A stretch of 64,000 nucleotides of DNA from positions 85,571 to 149,570 of the forward strand of contig CALODO010000004.1 in assembly GCA_942492235.1 (NCBI GenBank). Reading direction: 5' to 3'. How positions within the stretch are numbered: position 1 is the first letter of the stretch; each line of letters opens with the position of its first letter. The position numbers and the translations under genes are program-made. This DNA comes from an uncultured Gammaproteobacteria bacterium. Its GTDB lineage: Bacteria > Pseudomonadota > Gammaproteobacteria > Pseudomonadales > Porticoccaceae. This document shows, piece after piece, positions 19,830-27,873 of this stretch. Under the pieces are notes generated by a model, which was not told the origin of the DNA, ran no database searches, and saw only the letters and a list, made by a program, of their open reading frames with translations.

Positions 19830-19906
19830 GGGCCTTTAGCTCAGTTGGTTAGAGCATCCGACTCATAATCGGCAGGTCCCCAGTTCAAGTCTGGGAAGGC
19901 CCACCA
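19830..19906 (+). tRNA. tRNA with CAU anticodon, probably tRNA-Ile2 (lysidine-modified, ileX-like); elongator tRNA-Met is the alternative
   Basis: 77-nt cloverleaf folded by hand: acceptor GGGCCTT/AAGGCCC, D-arm GCTC-AGTTGGTTA-GAGC, anticodon loop CTCATAA, T-arm CCCAG-TTCAAGT-CTGGG, encoded CCA. C4-G69 and C5-G68 match E. coli ileX. Position just downstream of rpoD also matches E. coli. Confidence 0.93.
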
Positions 19907-19909
19907 TAC

Positions 19910-19945
19910 AAAGCCCCCTCCGAAATGGTGTGGGGCTTTTCTTTG
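19910..19945 (+). terminator. rho-independent terminator after the tRNA
   Basis: AAAGCCCC / GGGGCTTT 8-bp stem with a 14-nt loop, followed by TTCTTTG. Confidence 0.65.
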
Positions 19946-20242
19946 TCTGCAATTTATGTCGCTTAGCAAGCTTAGATGCCGCTTATCTGTCACTTCTTAG
20001 ACACCAGCGCCTGATCTAACATGTGACAAATGCAAGAAAGCTATGTCCTTACCTCGCATTCGCACCGAGACGCTTCTCAGTAATTCCAAACAAGTCACAT
20101 ATAGCCGATATTATCCGCTCTGGAGCAGTCTCCAATTCCGGGTAGCGGCTATAATAGGCCGAAGGTTTTTTAAGTCCTCTATAGCTTCGCCTGACATTGA
20201 TTCGATCAGGCAACCGTAAACAACAACTGCGATTACTCAAGG

Positions 20243-20950
20243 ATGACTACTCTGCCTATAAATAACCGAAAGGCCCTCGATGATGTCGAATGGGTCTTGC
20301 AGGATGCAAAATATTCACCCTTCAAGCCAAAAATTTATTTTGTAGACTGGCGAAAGCGGTCGCTCTGTATCAAGGATTTTTCCCACTGCAATGTCCTTGT
20401 CAGACAATCACTGGGCCGATGGACAGTCGACAAGGAAGCCTCTGTCCTGGCCACTCTGAACGGCATCTCTGGAGTCCCTGACCTCACTGGCGTTATTGAT
20501 GGCCCGGCAATAATAATGGAACGACTCGACGCAAACGTATTGCCTAAACCTGCACCGACAGAATTACTCCCTGATAGCAGGCTGACACCCACATTTTTTG
20601 CGCAGGCATCAGCGCTCCTCACAACACTGCATAACATTGGCGTCGCCCACGGAGATATCCACCGTACCAACCTGCTAATAGATCACGCGGGCCAACCCGC
20701 ATTTATCGATTTTGCATCAGCCCTCGTCAAGAATAAAAACATGTCGAAACTAAAAGGCTGGGCCTGGCGAACAATGGCGCAAATAGATTTAATATCCGTA
20801 CTAAAGCTACGGCAAAAATATTTCCCGGGTCACCCCGTGAACGACAAAGAAGTCACTCTACTAGCCCAACAACCCAGGGTCTACCACCTGCACAATACAT
20901 TGCGTAATAACTGCGTGCGCCCAATCAAACGGTTATTTAGATCTTTATAG
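20243..20950 (+). CDS. small protein-kinase-fold protein (RIO/Bud32/LPS-kinase-like)
   Basis: 235 aa. Candidate VAIK-type lysine (SLCIKDF), catalytic loop HGDIHRTNLLI (HxDxxxxN) and a DFG-equivalent IDFASA. No other domains. Confidence 0.6.
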   Translation: MTTLPINNRKALDDVEWVLQDAKYSPFKPKIYFVDWRKRSLCIKDFSHCNVLVRQSLGRWTVDKEASVLATLNGISGVPDLTGVIDGPAIIMERLDANVLPKPAPTELLPDSRLTPTFFAQASALLTTLHNIGVAHGDIHRTNLLIDHAGQPAFIDFASALVKNKNMSKLKGWAWRTMAQIDLISVLKLRQKYFPGHPVNDKEVTLLAQQPRVYHLHNTLRNNCVRPIKRLFRSL

Positions 20951-20969
20951 TTATTTTTCCCTTCATCAT

Positions 20970-20999
20970 AAAAAAGGGTGGCCAACGCCACCCCTTCTC
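20970..20999 (-). terminator. rho-independent terminator downstream of the 435-aa LLM gene
   Basis: GGGTGGC-CAAC-GCCACCC hairpin (20976-20993). On the minus strand it is followed by a run of six T (TTTTTTAT). Confidence 0.6.
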
Positions 21000-21017
21000 A
21001 ATGACAACCAAATAAAC

Positions 21018-22325
21018 TTAGGCAGCTAGTGCTGTTTTATCACAAACCGGGTCACGCTTGCCGCTTGCCGGCAATTTACGTGATCCAGGCTTCACTTCAC
21101 TAGGGCCAGGCAAATCCAGTTCTTTCGCCCATTCTCTCATTTTTGGCAACACGTTTTCACCCAGCAATTTCATACTATGCATGGATTGCTCATGAGTAGT
21201 CGGACCACCTTCAATATGCCACACTGCGAAAATACCCGGACGTAAAGTTTCCATAATATTCCGAATCTTCACCAGACAGGTTTCCGGTGTACCGGTAATG
21301 ATCTGTCGATTACGTATTAAATTTTCGTAAAGCACTTCGGTATTATATTTTTTCATCTCGGGAACATCAATTTCTCCGCTAGCGTCTTTACCTGAAACCA
21401 CTGCTTCATTTGTTTCAGGGTCAGTCAGGGCATAAGCCATACGTTTTGTCGCAGCTTTGGAATTGTAGCCCGCAGGAAACATCCACTCGGGTCGAGCAAA
21501 AGCTGGTTGTCCACCGCCATAAACATAGTTTTTACCCAGCTCATAAGCTTCTTCATCAGTATCGGCACAGACAACTTTTTGCAGATAACCAAAGCATTCT
21601 GGTCCGGCCTGCCAGCCCTCCTGCTCTGCGGTGTCCGCATAGAGGTTCCACATTTCTACTGTTGGTGCCAAAAAGGTCGCAAGCGCAAAATAGGTATAGC
21701 GATTACGTGCCGCAAACTGAGCGGTTTCTGGGCTGACGAGGCTGGGTATCCAGGTTTCAGGAATGGGTTTCTGAATAGGTTTTACCCAGGGATTGACGTG
21801 CCGATACTCGTAATGCTTGCCTTCATAACGCCACGGGCCATCCTTACTCCAGGCTTGCATAATAAAGTCATGGGCTTCGTCAAAACGTTCACGGTTATAG
21901 GTCGGGTTGATATTATTGGCCAGCTGCTCACAACCAGCACCCCGTACCCAACCGGTGACCAGGCGTCCGCCGGAGATCATATCGATGGTCGCTAATTCTT
22001 CTGCTAACCGTAATGGATCGGCCACCGGCAGCGGGTTGCCCATCAGAGCGATTTTCACTTTTTTGGTAATGCGCGCCAAAATAGACGCTTCTACGTCCAT
22101 TACGCCCCCCATAGTAAACGGGTTGGCATGATGCTCGTTGAGCATAACGCCATCAAATCCCAGCTCTTCAGCATAGACTTTTTCATCGAAGTAACGATTA
22201 AACAGTGCGCCGCCTTTGACCGGATCAAGAAACTTATTAGAAACCCCAAAAAAACTGGAATTTTTGATCACTTCTTCTTCGGGAACATGGGCGTAGGGTC
22301 GTTCCGTAAATGTCGTAATATGCAT
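21018..22325 (-). CDS. luciferase-like (LLM class) flavin-dependent monooxygenase/oxidoreductase
   Basis: 435 aa. GFDGVMLNEHH, DMISGGRLVTGWVRG and other TIM-barrel LLM signatures. AGGAG lies 8 nt upstream of the ATG. Confidence 0.85.
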   Translation of the reverse strand: MHITTFTERPYAHVPEEEVIKNSSFFGVSNKFLDPVKGGALFNRYFDEKVYAEELGFDGVMLNEHHANPFTMGGVMDVEASILARITKKVKIALMGNPLPVADPLRLAEELATIDMISGGRLVTGWVRGAGCEQLANNINPTYNRERFDEAHDFIMQAWSKDGPWRYEGKHYEYRHVNPWVKPIQKPIPETWIPSLVSPETAQFAARNRYTYFALATFLAPTVEMWNLYADTAEQEGWQAGPECFGYLQKVVCADTDEEAYELGKNYVYGGGQPAFARPEWMFPAGYNSKAATKRMAYALTDPETNEAVVSGKDASGEIDVPEMKKYNTEVLYENLIRNRQIITGTPETCLVKIRNIMETLRPGIFAVWHIEGGPTTHEQSMHSMKLLGENVLPKMREWAKELDLPGPSEVKPGSRKLPASGKRDPVCDKTALAA

Positions 22326-22386
22326 GATTGGATCTCCTGTATCTGATACTAGCCCTCTCAGCTATGCCTCGTAGGCTAGTATCGAT

Positions 22387-23178
22387 CTAAGATAAAAATG
22401 CCTGAATTTCGGCAAGAAATTTATCGGTTTGTTCGATTTCTGGACGATGACCACAACCTTTAAAGGTCACCACCTTAGATCCTGCGATAGCTTTTTGATA
22501 AACAGCAGCCGTACTGAACGGCACGATCTTATCTTCGTCGCCCCACAGGATTTGCGTCGGCAAGTCTTTAATCAAACCAAGGCGATGACTCAGTGCCGGG
22601 TTATTCATGTAGGGCTGCCAGGCAAAACGCGCAGATTCGGCCGTCGCATCCTGGAATCGTTCAAATTGTTCGGGGGTTATATCGCCCCCGAATAAACCAG
22701 AAAACTCAGGCGTGGCCTCAACATTGCTGACACTGGCAGCGATGTAATCGGCAGTAAGATATTGGTAAATATCGCAAATTTCTCCCTCTGGTGGTTTGAT
22801 ACCCATGGGCGCTACCAGTGTGATGGATGAAAACTGCGCCGGATTTTGCGCCGCCATCTCCGCCGCGATCCAGCCGCCGAGGCTAAAGCCAATGACATCA
22901 GCACCAACCCAGCCCTGTTCAACCATTACCTGAGCATAATAATTAGCTAGATCACCGATACTTAGCGCCCAGCTAATACGCGGTGACACACCAAAACCTG
23001 GATGCTGTGGCGTGATCAACCTACGTGTTTTAACGAGCGTCTGTTTCCATTTCAACCAGCCTGGATCGCCTAGCTCTTCACATAGTACCAACAGGGGCTT
23101 ACCACTACCGCCTTCTGTGAAGACCAGCTCAGAACCCCCCGCGGTAATTGTTTTTGTTGTCCACTCATTTATCGCCAA
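22387..23178 (-). CDS. alpha/beta-fold hydrolase (ester or C-C bond hydrolase type)
   Basis: 263 aa. Nucleophile elbow GFSLGG, an acid in WGDEDKIVP and a His in GCGHRPEIE. TTG start 7 nt after GGGGAG. Confidence 0.85.
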   Translation of the reverse strand: MAINEWTTKTITAGGSELVFTEGGSGKPLLVLCEELGDPGWLKWKQTLVKTRRLITPQHPGFGVSPRISWALSIGDLANYYAQVMVEQGWVGADVIGFSLGGWIAAEMAAQNPAQFSSITLVAPMGIKPPEGEICDIYQYLTADYIAASVSNVEATPEFSGLFGGDITPEQFERFQDATAESARFAWQPYMNNPALSHRLGLIKDLPTQILWGDEDKIVPFSTAAVYQKAIAGSKVVTFKGCGHRPEIEQTDKFLAEIQAFLS

Positions 23179-23283
23179 CGCGCTTCTCCCCTTACTTTAT
23201 GATCTCATTTGTCTACTTTGACGCTGATTTTTCTGGCTTGCGGGCAGCCCCATAAAAGACTCCCTGAAACTACACCGGACAAA

Positions 23284-24372
23284 TCAGGCTGCTTTTTCCT
23301 TATATTCCCACTTTTTCAATGCCGGCAAAGCACCTTCGGCAAACAGGGTCATACTTTGTTTGCCCTGCTCATAATCCATACCGGCATAGGTAAAGAAACA
23401 ATTGAGCTCGATCGGACCAACAATGTCTTCAATACCCCTCAGCTTTTCGAGACATTCATCGGGTGTGCCATAAATTTGCTGTTCGACGTATTGCTCGGTC
23501 ACGCGCTGCGCGTCTTCGCGCATCGCTACAGCGGAACGCCCGTAGTGTTCGTAACCTTTGATGCTATCGAAATGCTCGCCTTTCATTTCGTAGTGCTTCA
23601 TGGCCGATTCCCAGTAGTCGCCCATATATTTATAAGCCATGTCCTTGGCCCGACCGGAGTCTTTATCACAATAGGTAAAAATATTCGCCGAAGTGGGCGG
23701 CGCTGGCCGATTATGTTCCTTTTCAAAGAGCTCTCGATACAAGCGAATATCCTTCGCCCGCTGCTCCCAGGGACCCACCGCAAAGGTCATCATAGTACCA
23801 CCCAGGCGTGCCGCATGAGGCACAGTGTCCGGCGACATCGAAACAATGTAGGTACGGTCTTTATAACTTCTGACTGGTTTGGGGCGGATATCTACGGCGA
23901 TCTGATCGAAAAATTCGCCATGGTGCTCGGCCATTACGCCATTTTCGAGTGCGTCGAGAATCATCGGCGCAGCTTCGTTAAAACGATCCCGCGACGAGGC
24001 CATATCAATACCAAAACCGTCGTATTCAACTCTGCCCAGGCCCCGTCCGAGACCGACTATCACGCGGCCATTTGATAGATTGTCGAGCATGGACAAATCC
24101 GTGGCGATACGCAATGGGTCTTTATGCCAGGGCAGAATCATCGCTGCCGTACCCAGCTTGATTGTACTCGTGATGCCCGACATATAGGTTAAAAACTCGA
24201 TAGGATTGGGACACATGGTGTAATCAGTAAAATGATGTTCTACCCCCCAGATGGAACTAAACCCCAGTGGTTCAGCCAACTTGGCCACTTCAATTTCTTT
24301 CTGGTAAACCTCGAGGTCTGATAAAGGTTGATTGTGGCTACTTTGAAAAGCCATAACGACGCCAACGTCCAT
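23284..24372 (-). CDS. luciferase-like (LuxA/LuxB-type LLM) flavin-dependent monooxygenase
   Basis: Start moved to ATG 24372 (MDVGVV; AAGGAG lies 5 nt upstream, inside the longer track ORF). VEHHFTDY, GTAAMILP, LDNLSNGRVIVGLGRG, DMASSRDRF and SGRAKD are collinear with Vibrio LuxA as remembered. Confidence 0.85.
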   Translation of the reverse strand: MDVGVVMAFQSSHNQPLSDLEVYQKEIEVAKLAEPLGFSSIWGVEHHFTDYTMCPNPIEFLTYMSGITSTIKLGTAAMILPWHKDPLRIATDLSMLDNLSNGRVIVGLGRGLGRVEYDGFGIDMASSRDRFNEAAPMILDALENGVMAEHHGEFFDQIAVDIRPKPVRSYKDRTYIVSMSPDTVPHAARLGGTMMTFAVGPWEQRAKDIRLYRELFEKEHNRPAPPTSANIFTYCDKDSGRAKDMAYKYMGDYWESAMKHYEMKGEHFDSIKGYEHYGRSAVAMREDAQRVTEQYVEQQIYGTPDECLEKLRGIEDIVGPIELNCFFTYAGMDYEQGKQSMTLFAEGALPALKKWEYKEKAA

Positions 24373-24567
24373 ACATACTCCTTGCAATTTTAGTTAGTAG
24401 AGAATTTCGGTTTAAAATAGGACTACTGATTCTGCCATAATGCAGCGATATTTACCTAATTTGCTTGATGGCAATTATTAGTCTGTGAAAACATTTCCGC
24501 TATACAATGCACAGGCAACGATTCAAAGGCAAGTGGCACAAACACCCACCTCACACTGGAGCACAGC

Positions 24568-25734
24568 ATGCAACAGCAATTGCAGATCCATCTGACCAAA
24601 CAAGCCTTCGCTCATATCGATGCCGATACCACCGACTTGGGCGTAAAAGTGCTGAAACACCCGGTTAGCGAATACACATGCGCCGACTGGTTTCGCCGTG
24701 AGAAAGCCACCCTGTTTCGTGACTATCCACTGTTTATGGGGCTTTCCGGCCTGATCCCCGAAGCTGGCGATTATCTGGCCGAAGAGCATGGTGAAATTCC
24801 AACGTTGCTAATCAGGGGTGATGACGGTATTGCCAGAGCCTTCGTGAATATGTGTCGCCACAGGGGTACACCACTGGCCAAAGGTTGTGGCCGCAGTGCC
24901 TCATTTATATGTCCTTACCATGCCTGGAATTACAATAAACAAGGCCAACTGATTGGCCTGCCAGACAAACGTTCATTTCCCGGTGTCGATCCCGCAGAGG
25001 CTGGTTTAATCCCCCTGCCGACCCTGGAAAAGCATGGCATGCTCTGGCTTATCCCCAACCCTAAGGCTAATGGTAGCGAGGATCTCGAGCAGCTTGTCGA
25101 CGCTCACCTCGCTGGTCTAGGGAGTGAGCTAGCAGCCTATGATTTCGGTGCTTACCACGCTGACGAAACCCGTACCATTGAGCGCCGCGCCAACTGGAAG
25201 CAGCCCATTGAGACCTTTCTGGAGGCCTATCATTTCAACACCTTGCACAAAAACACTGTCGCGCCGCTGTTTTTCCACAATAAATGTCTGTTTGAACCTT
25301 TTGGCTTAAATCATCGAGAAGCAGTCATCCGCAAAAGCATTGAATCCCTACGCGACAAACCGGAAAGTGAATGGGACTTTATCAGGCACACGGGACTCTC
25401 CTACCAGCTTTTCCCAAACACGATTTTCGTTATGCAGGCCGACCATGTCGAAACCTGGCGGGTTTTCCCATCCAAAGATCGAGTCGACGAATGCGTGATT
25501 CGCTTCGATTGCTATGTCCCTGAGCCAGTCACCGAACCCAAAGCCAGAAAGCACTGGGATGCCAACATCGACCTGGCCTTCAGGACGGTTGACGAAGAAG
25601 ACTATCGGATTTCGGAAGATATCGAACGCGGCTATCTATCGCACGCTCTAGAGGAAGTCATTATCGGCTGTAACGAACCCTCATTAGGCCATTATAAAAA
25701 ATCGATACAGCAAGCTGTCTCTAATCACCGTTAA
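24568..25734 (+). CDS. Rieske [2Fe-2S] non-haem-iron oxygenase, alpha (catalytic) subunit
   Basis: 388 aa. Rieske motif CRHRG-x-CPYHAWNY, mononuclear-iron motif EAYHFNTLH, and GGAG 6 nt upstream of the ATG. Confidence 0.85.
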   Translation: MQQQLQIHLTKQAFAHIDADTTDLGVKVLKHPVSEYTCADWFRREKATLFRDYPLFMGLSGLIPEAGDYLAEEHGEIPTLLIRGDDGIARAFVNMCRHRGTPLAKGCGRSASFICPYHAWNYNKQGQLIGLPDKRSFPGVDPAEAGLIPLPTLEKHGMLWLIPNPKANGSEDLEQLVDAHLAGLGSELAAYDFGAYHADETRTIERRANWKQPIETFLEAYHFNTLHKNTVAPLFFHNKCLFEPFGLNHREAVIRKSIESLRDKPESEWDFIRHTGLSYQLFPNTIFVMQADHVETWRVFPSKDRVDECVIRFDCYVPEPVTEPKARKHWDANIDLAFRTVDEEDYRISEDIERGYLSHALEEVIIGCNEPSLGHYKKSIQQAVSNHR

Positions 25735-25865
25735 GTATTCGGCAGATCACGAAGAGGAAAAAATCCACTCTATCTGTTGCGAGAGGAGCAATATTTTCTA
25801 CCCTAAATCATTGCTACCCTAATCAGGTAATAGAAGAAAACAGCTGGGCGGGGATCTAGAACAGA

Positions 25866-25896
25866 AAAAAGCTGGAGTAATTAGCCCCAGCTTTTT
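25866..25896. terminator. bidirectional rho-independent terminator between the convergent Rieske and peroxiredoxin genes
   Basis: AAAAAGCTGG / CCAGCTTTTT 10-bp stem with an 11-nt loop. A-run on one side and T-run on the other. Confidence 0.7.
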
Positions 25897-25964
25897 ATCC
25901 ATTCAGTATGTCTATCACCTGCCGTCTTATCAGCGGGCCTGATAAGACGGCAGTGAAGATAACC

Positions 25965-26447
25965 CTACAAATTCGCCAATACATTCTCCGCAGAGCTAAC
26001 TTCAAAGGCACCGCCTTCTTCGATAAAAGTCTGTGTCACTGTACCGTCTTCTACCACCAGGGCAAAGCGCGCGCCCCGCTGGCCCAGGCCAAAACCAGTA
26101 CCATCCAGCTCAAGGCCCAGAGCTTTAGCATATTCACCGTTGCCATCAGCCAACATCAACACATTGTCGCCAACATTTGCGGACTTACCCCAGGCATCCA
26201 TGACGAACGCATCGTTGACCGCTGTACAGGCGACAGTATCAACGCCTTTGGCCTTAATCGCACCGGCCTGCTCAACAAATCCCGGCAGATGCTGCCGCGA
26301 GCACGTTGGCGTAAATGCGCCAGGAACAGAAAAAATTACCACTTTTTTGCCATTGAAAAGATCTTTGGTGCTCAAAGAACCCGGACCATCTTCGTTCATT
26401 ACATTGAAACGACCTTCCGGTGCTTTGTCGCCTGCTTTAATTGTCAT
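25965..26447 (-). CDS. peroxiredoxin, Prx5 subfamily
   Basis: 160 aa. VIFSVPGAFTPTCS carries the peroxidatic-Cys motif of Prx5-type enzymes. AGGAGG RBS. Confidence 0.9.
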   Translation of the reverse strand: MTIKAGDKAPEGRFNVMNEDGPGSLSTKDLFNGKKVVIFSVPGAFTPTCSRQHLPGFVEQAGAIKAKGVDTVACTAVNDAFVMDAWGKSANVGDNVLMLADGNGEYAKALGLELDGTGFGLGQRGARFALVVEDGTVTQTFIEEGGAFEVSSAENVLANL

Positions 26448-26750
26448 ACTATCCTCCTGGTCTTATAGATTGAGCGATTAAGTCTTACCTCGACCACAGA
26501 TTATGGCATTATCCCGCGCCGCCCGTCACTGATAATTACACTCAATCACATCAGGTTTTAATCCGTTTAGTCGTTACTGCTGGTAGTCGTTGCAGAAACG
26601 GCATACATAAAAAGCCAGGTTTACTGAGAGCCTGCAACGATTCAAATATGTCGTTGAGCAATTGGCGAAAGTCGCTCCCTGCTTTATGCTAAACATTCGT
26701 TTCTACCATTGAACCGCCCATGAGATTGCCCTTGTGAGACCGTACCGGCA

Positions 26751-27719
26751 ATGATCCCAGCCCTTGCAGACCGTCTAAAACACTTTATCAAAAGTCAACG
26801 TCTTCCTGATGACTTTCTGGAGATTATCGATAATTACTATCTGCCCCTGGCCGAGTGGGTTCACCGCCGGTGCACACCTGGCACCGATAAGCCCCGCATC
26901 GCTGACAAAGCCACCAATGTCGGTGCCGTACTAGGCATTAGCGGCGCCCAGGGCACTGGGAAATCCACGCTAAGCGCAGTATTGAAGATCATCCTTGAAG
27001 AAAACCACCATTGGCAAACGGCTATTTTGTCACTGGATGATATCTACTTGTGTCGGGCCGATCGACAGAATCTGGCCCGCCTCGTGCACCCTCTATTACA
27101 GACTAGAGGGGTGCCGGGAACCCATGACACAACCCTGGGTATGACTATTATCGAACAACTCAAAGCGCTGAAACACGGACAAACAATACACTTACCTCGC
27201 TTTGACAAAGCCCTCGACGACCGCAAACCTGAGGCCCAGTGGGAAACTTTTACCGGACCCACTGATTTAATTATTTTTGAGGGATGGTGTCTCGGCTCAA
27301 GCACTATGGATAACTATGGGTTGAGCGTGCCCGTTAACACTCTCGAAGCGGAAGAAGATAAAAACGGAGTATGGCGCAACTACATTAACGAGCAATTAAA
27401 AAATAGTTACGGGGACTTATTCAGATTGATTGATCGATTAATTATGCTGAAAGCGCCGAATTTTGACAGTATTCGACGTTGGCGCATTGAGCAGGAAGCC
27501 AAGCTTGTCAACAACAATAACTGGAACAGGAATACCTCGAACAATACCCCTACCAGCAAAATTATGGACGAGGACACCCTGATACGGTTTATTCAGCACT
27601 ACGAGCGTCTGACTCTACACAACTTGTATGAGATGCCAGAAAGAGCCGATGTGGTGCTGACGCTAGATAATCATCATCGGGTCACAGGTCTGCACTACAA
27701 CACAAAAGCTAATTTCTAG
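26751..27719 (+). CDS. P-loop kinase of the D-glycerate 3-kinase (GLYK / COG4240) family
   Basis: 322 aa. GISGAQGTGKSTLS, LSLDDIYL, RGVPGTHD, PRFDK and FEGWCLG are collinear with plant/cyanobacterial GLYK motifs as remembered. Confidence 0.7.
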   Translation: MIPALADRLKHFIKSQRLPDDFLEIIDNYYLPLAEWVHRRCTPGTDKPRIADKATNVGAVLGISGAQGTGKSTLSAVLKIILEENHHWQTAILSLDDIYLCRADRQNLARLVHPLLQTRGVPGTHDTTLGMTIIEQLKALKHGQTIHLPRFDKALDDRKPEAQWETFTGPTDLIIFEGWCLGSSTMDNYGLSVPVNTLEAEEDKNGVWRNYINEQLKNSYGDLFRLIDRLIMLKAPNFDSIRRWRIEQEAKLVNNNNWNRNTSNNTPTSKIMDEDTLIRFIQHYERLTLHNLYEMPERADVVLTLDNHHRVTGLHYNTKANF

Positions 27720-27873
27720 CCTCTGGCACAAGCAACATCAGCTTAATATACTGAACCTTATAAACAGGATACAGGACCTTTGTTCGGACTAATCGCAGCC
27801 TTCTCCCACTCCTGTTCAATCCGGTATGATGCCTACACAGGCAATTGATCCATAATTATAACGAGGTAGGCCT

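Noticed and set aside
20049-20240. 63-codon minus-strand ORF as a bona fide gene
   Set aside because: It has no convincing RBS, a Cys/Arg-rich N-terminus, and homology that appears to stop abruptly. I did not annotate it as a CDS. It is mentioned only as a possible gene remnant in the findings.
23209-24075. 288-aa plus-strand ORF across the LuxAB-like LLM gene
   Set aside because: It is entirely antisense to a gene with clear family motifs and a strong RBS. Its translation is low-complexity (His/Arg/Phe-rich) with no recognisable motif or RBS. This is a typical shadow ORF.
24534-24550. TGGCAC hexamer upstream of the Rieske gene as a possible sigma54 promoter
   Set aside because: The -12 element is absent: TGGCAC-AAACA-CCCAC instead of TGGCAC-N5-TTGC[AT]. 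No enhancer-binding protein gene is nearby.
25908-26468. 186-aa plus-strand ORF (and the 113-aa ORF at 26140-26481) overlapping the peroxiredoxin gene
   Set aside because: Both are antisense to an unambiguous Prx5 gene (PGAFTPTCS motif, AGGAGG RBS), and no motifs of their own are visible.
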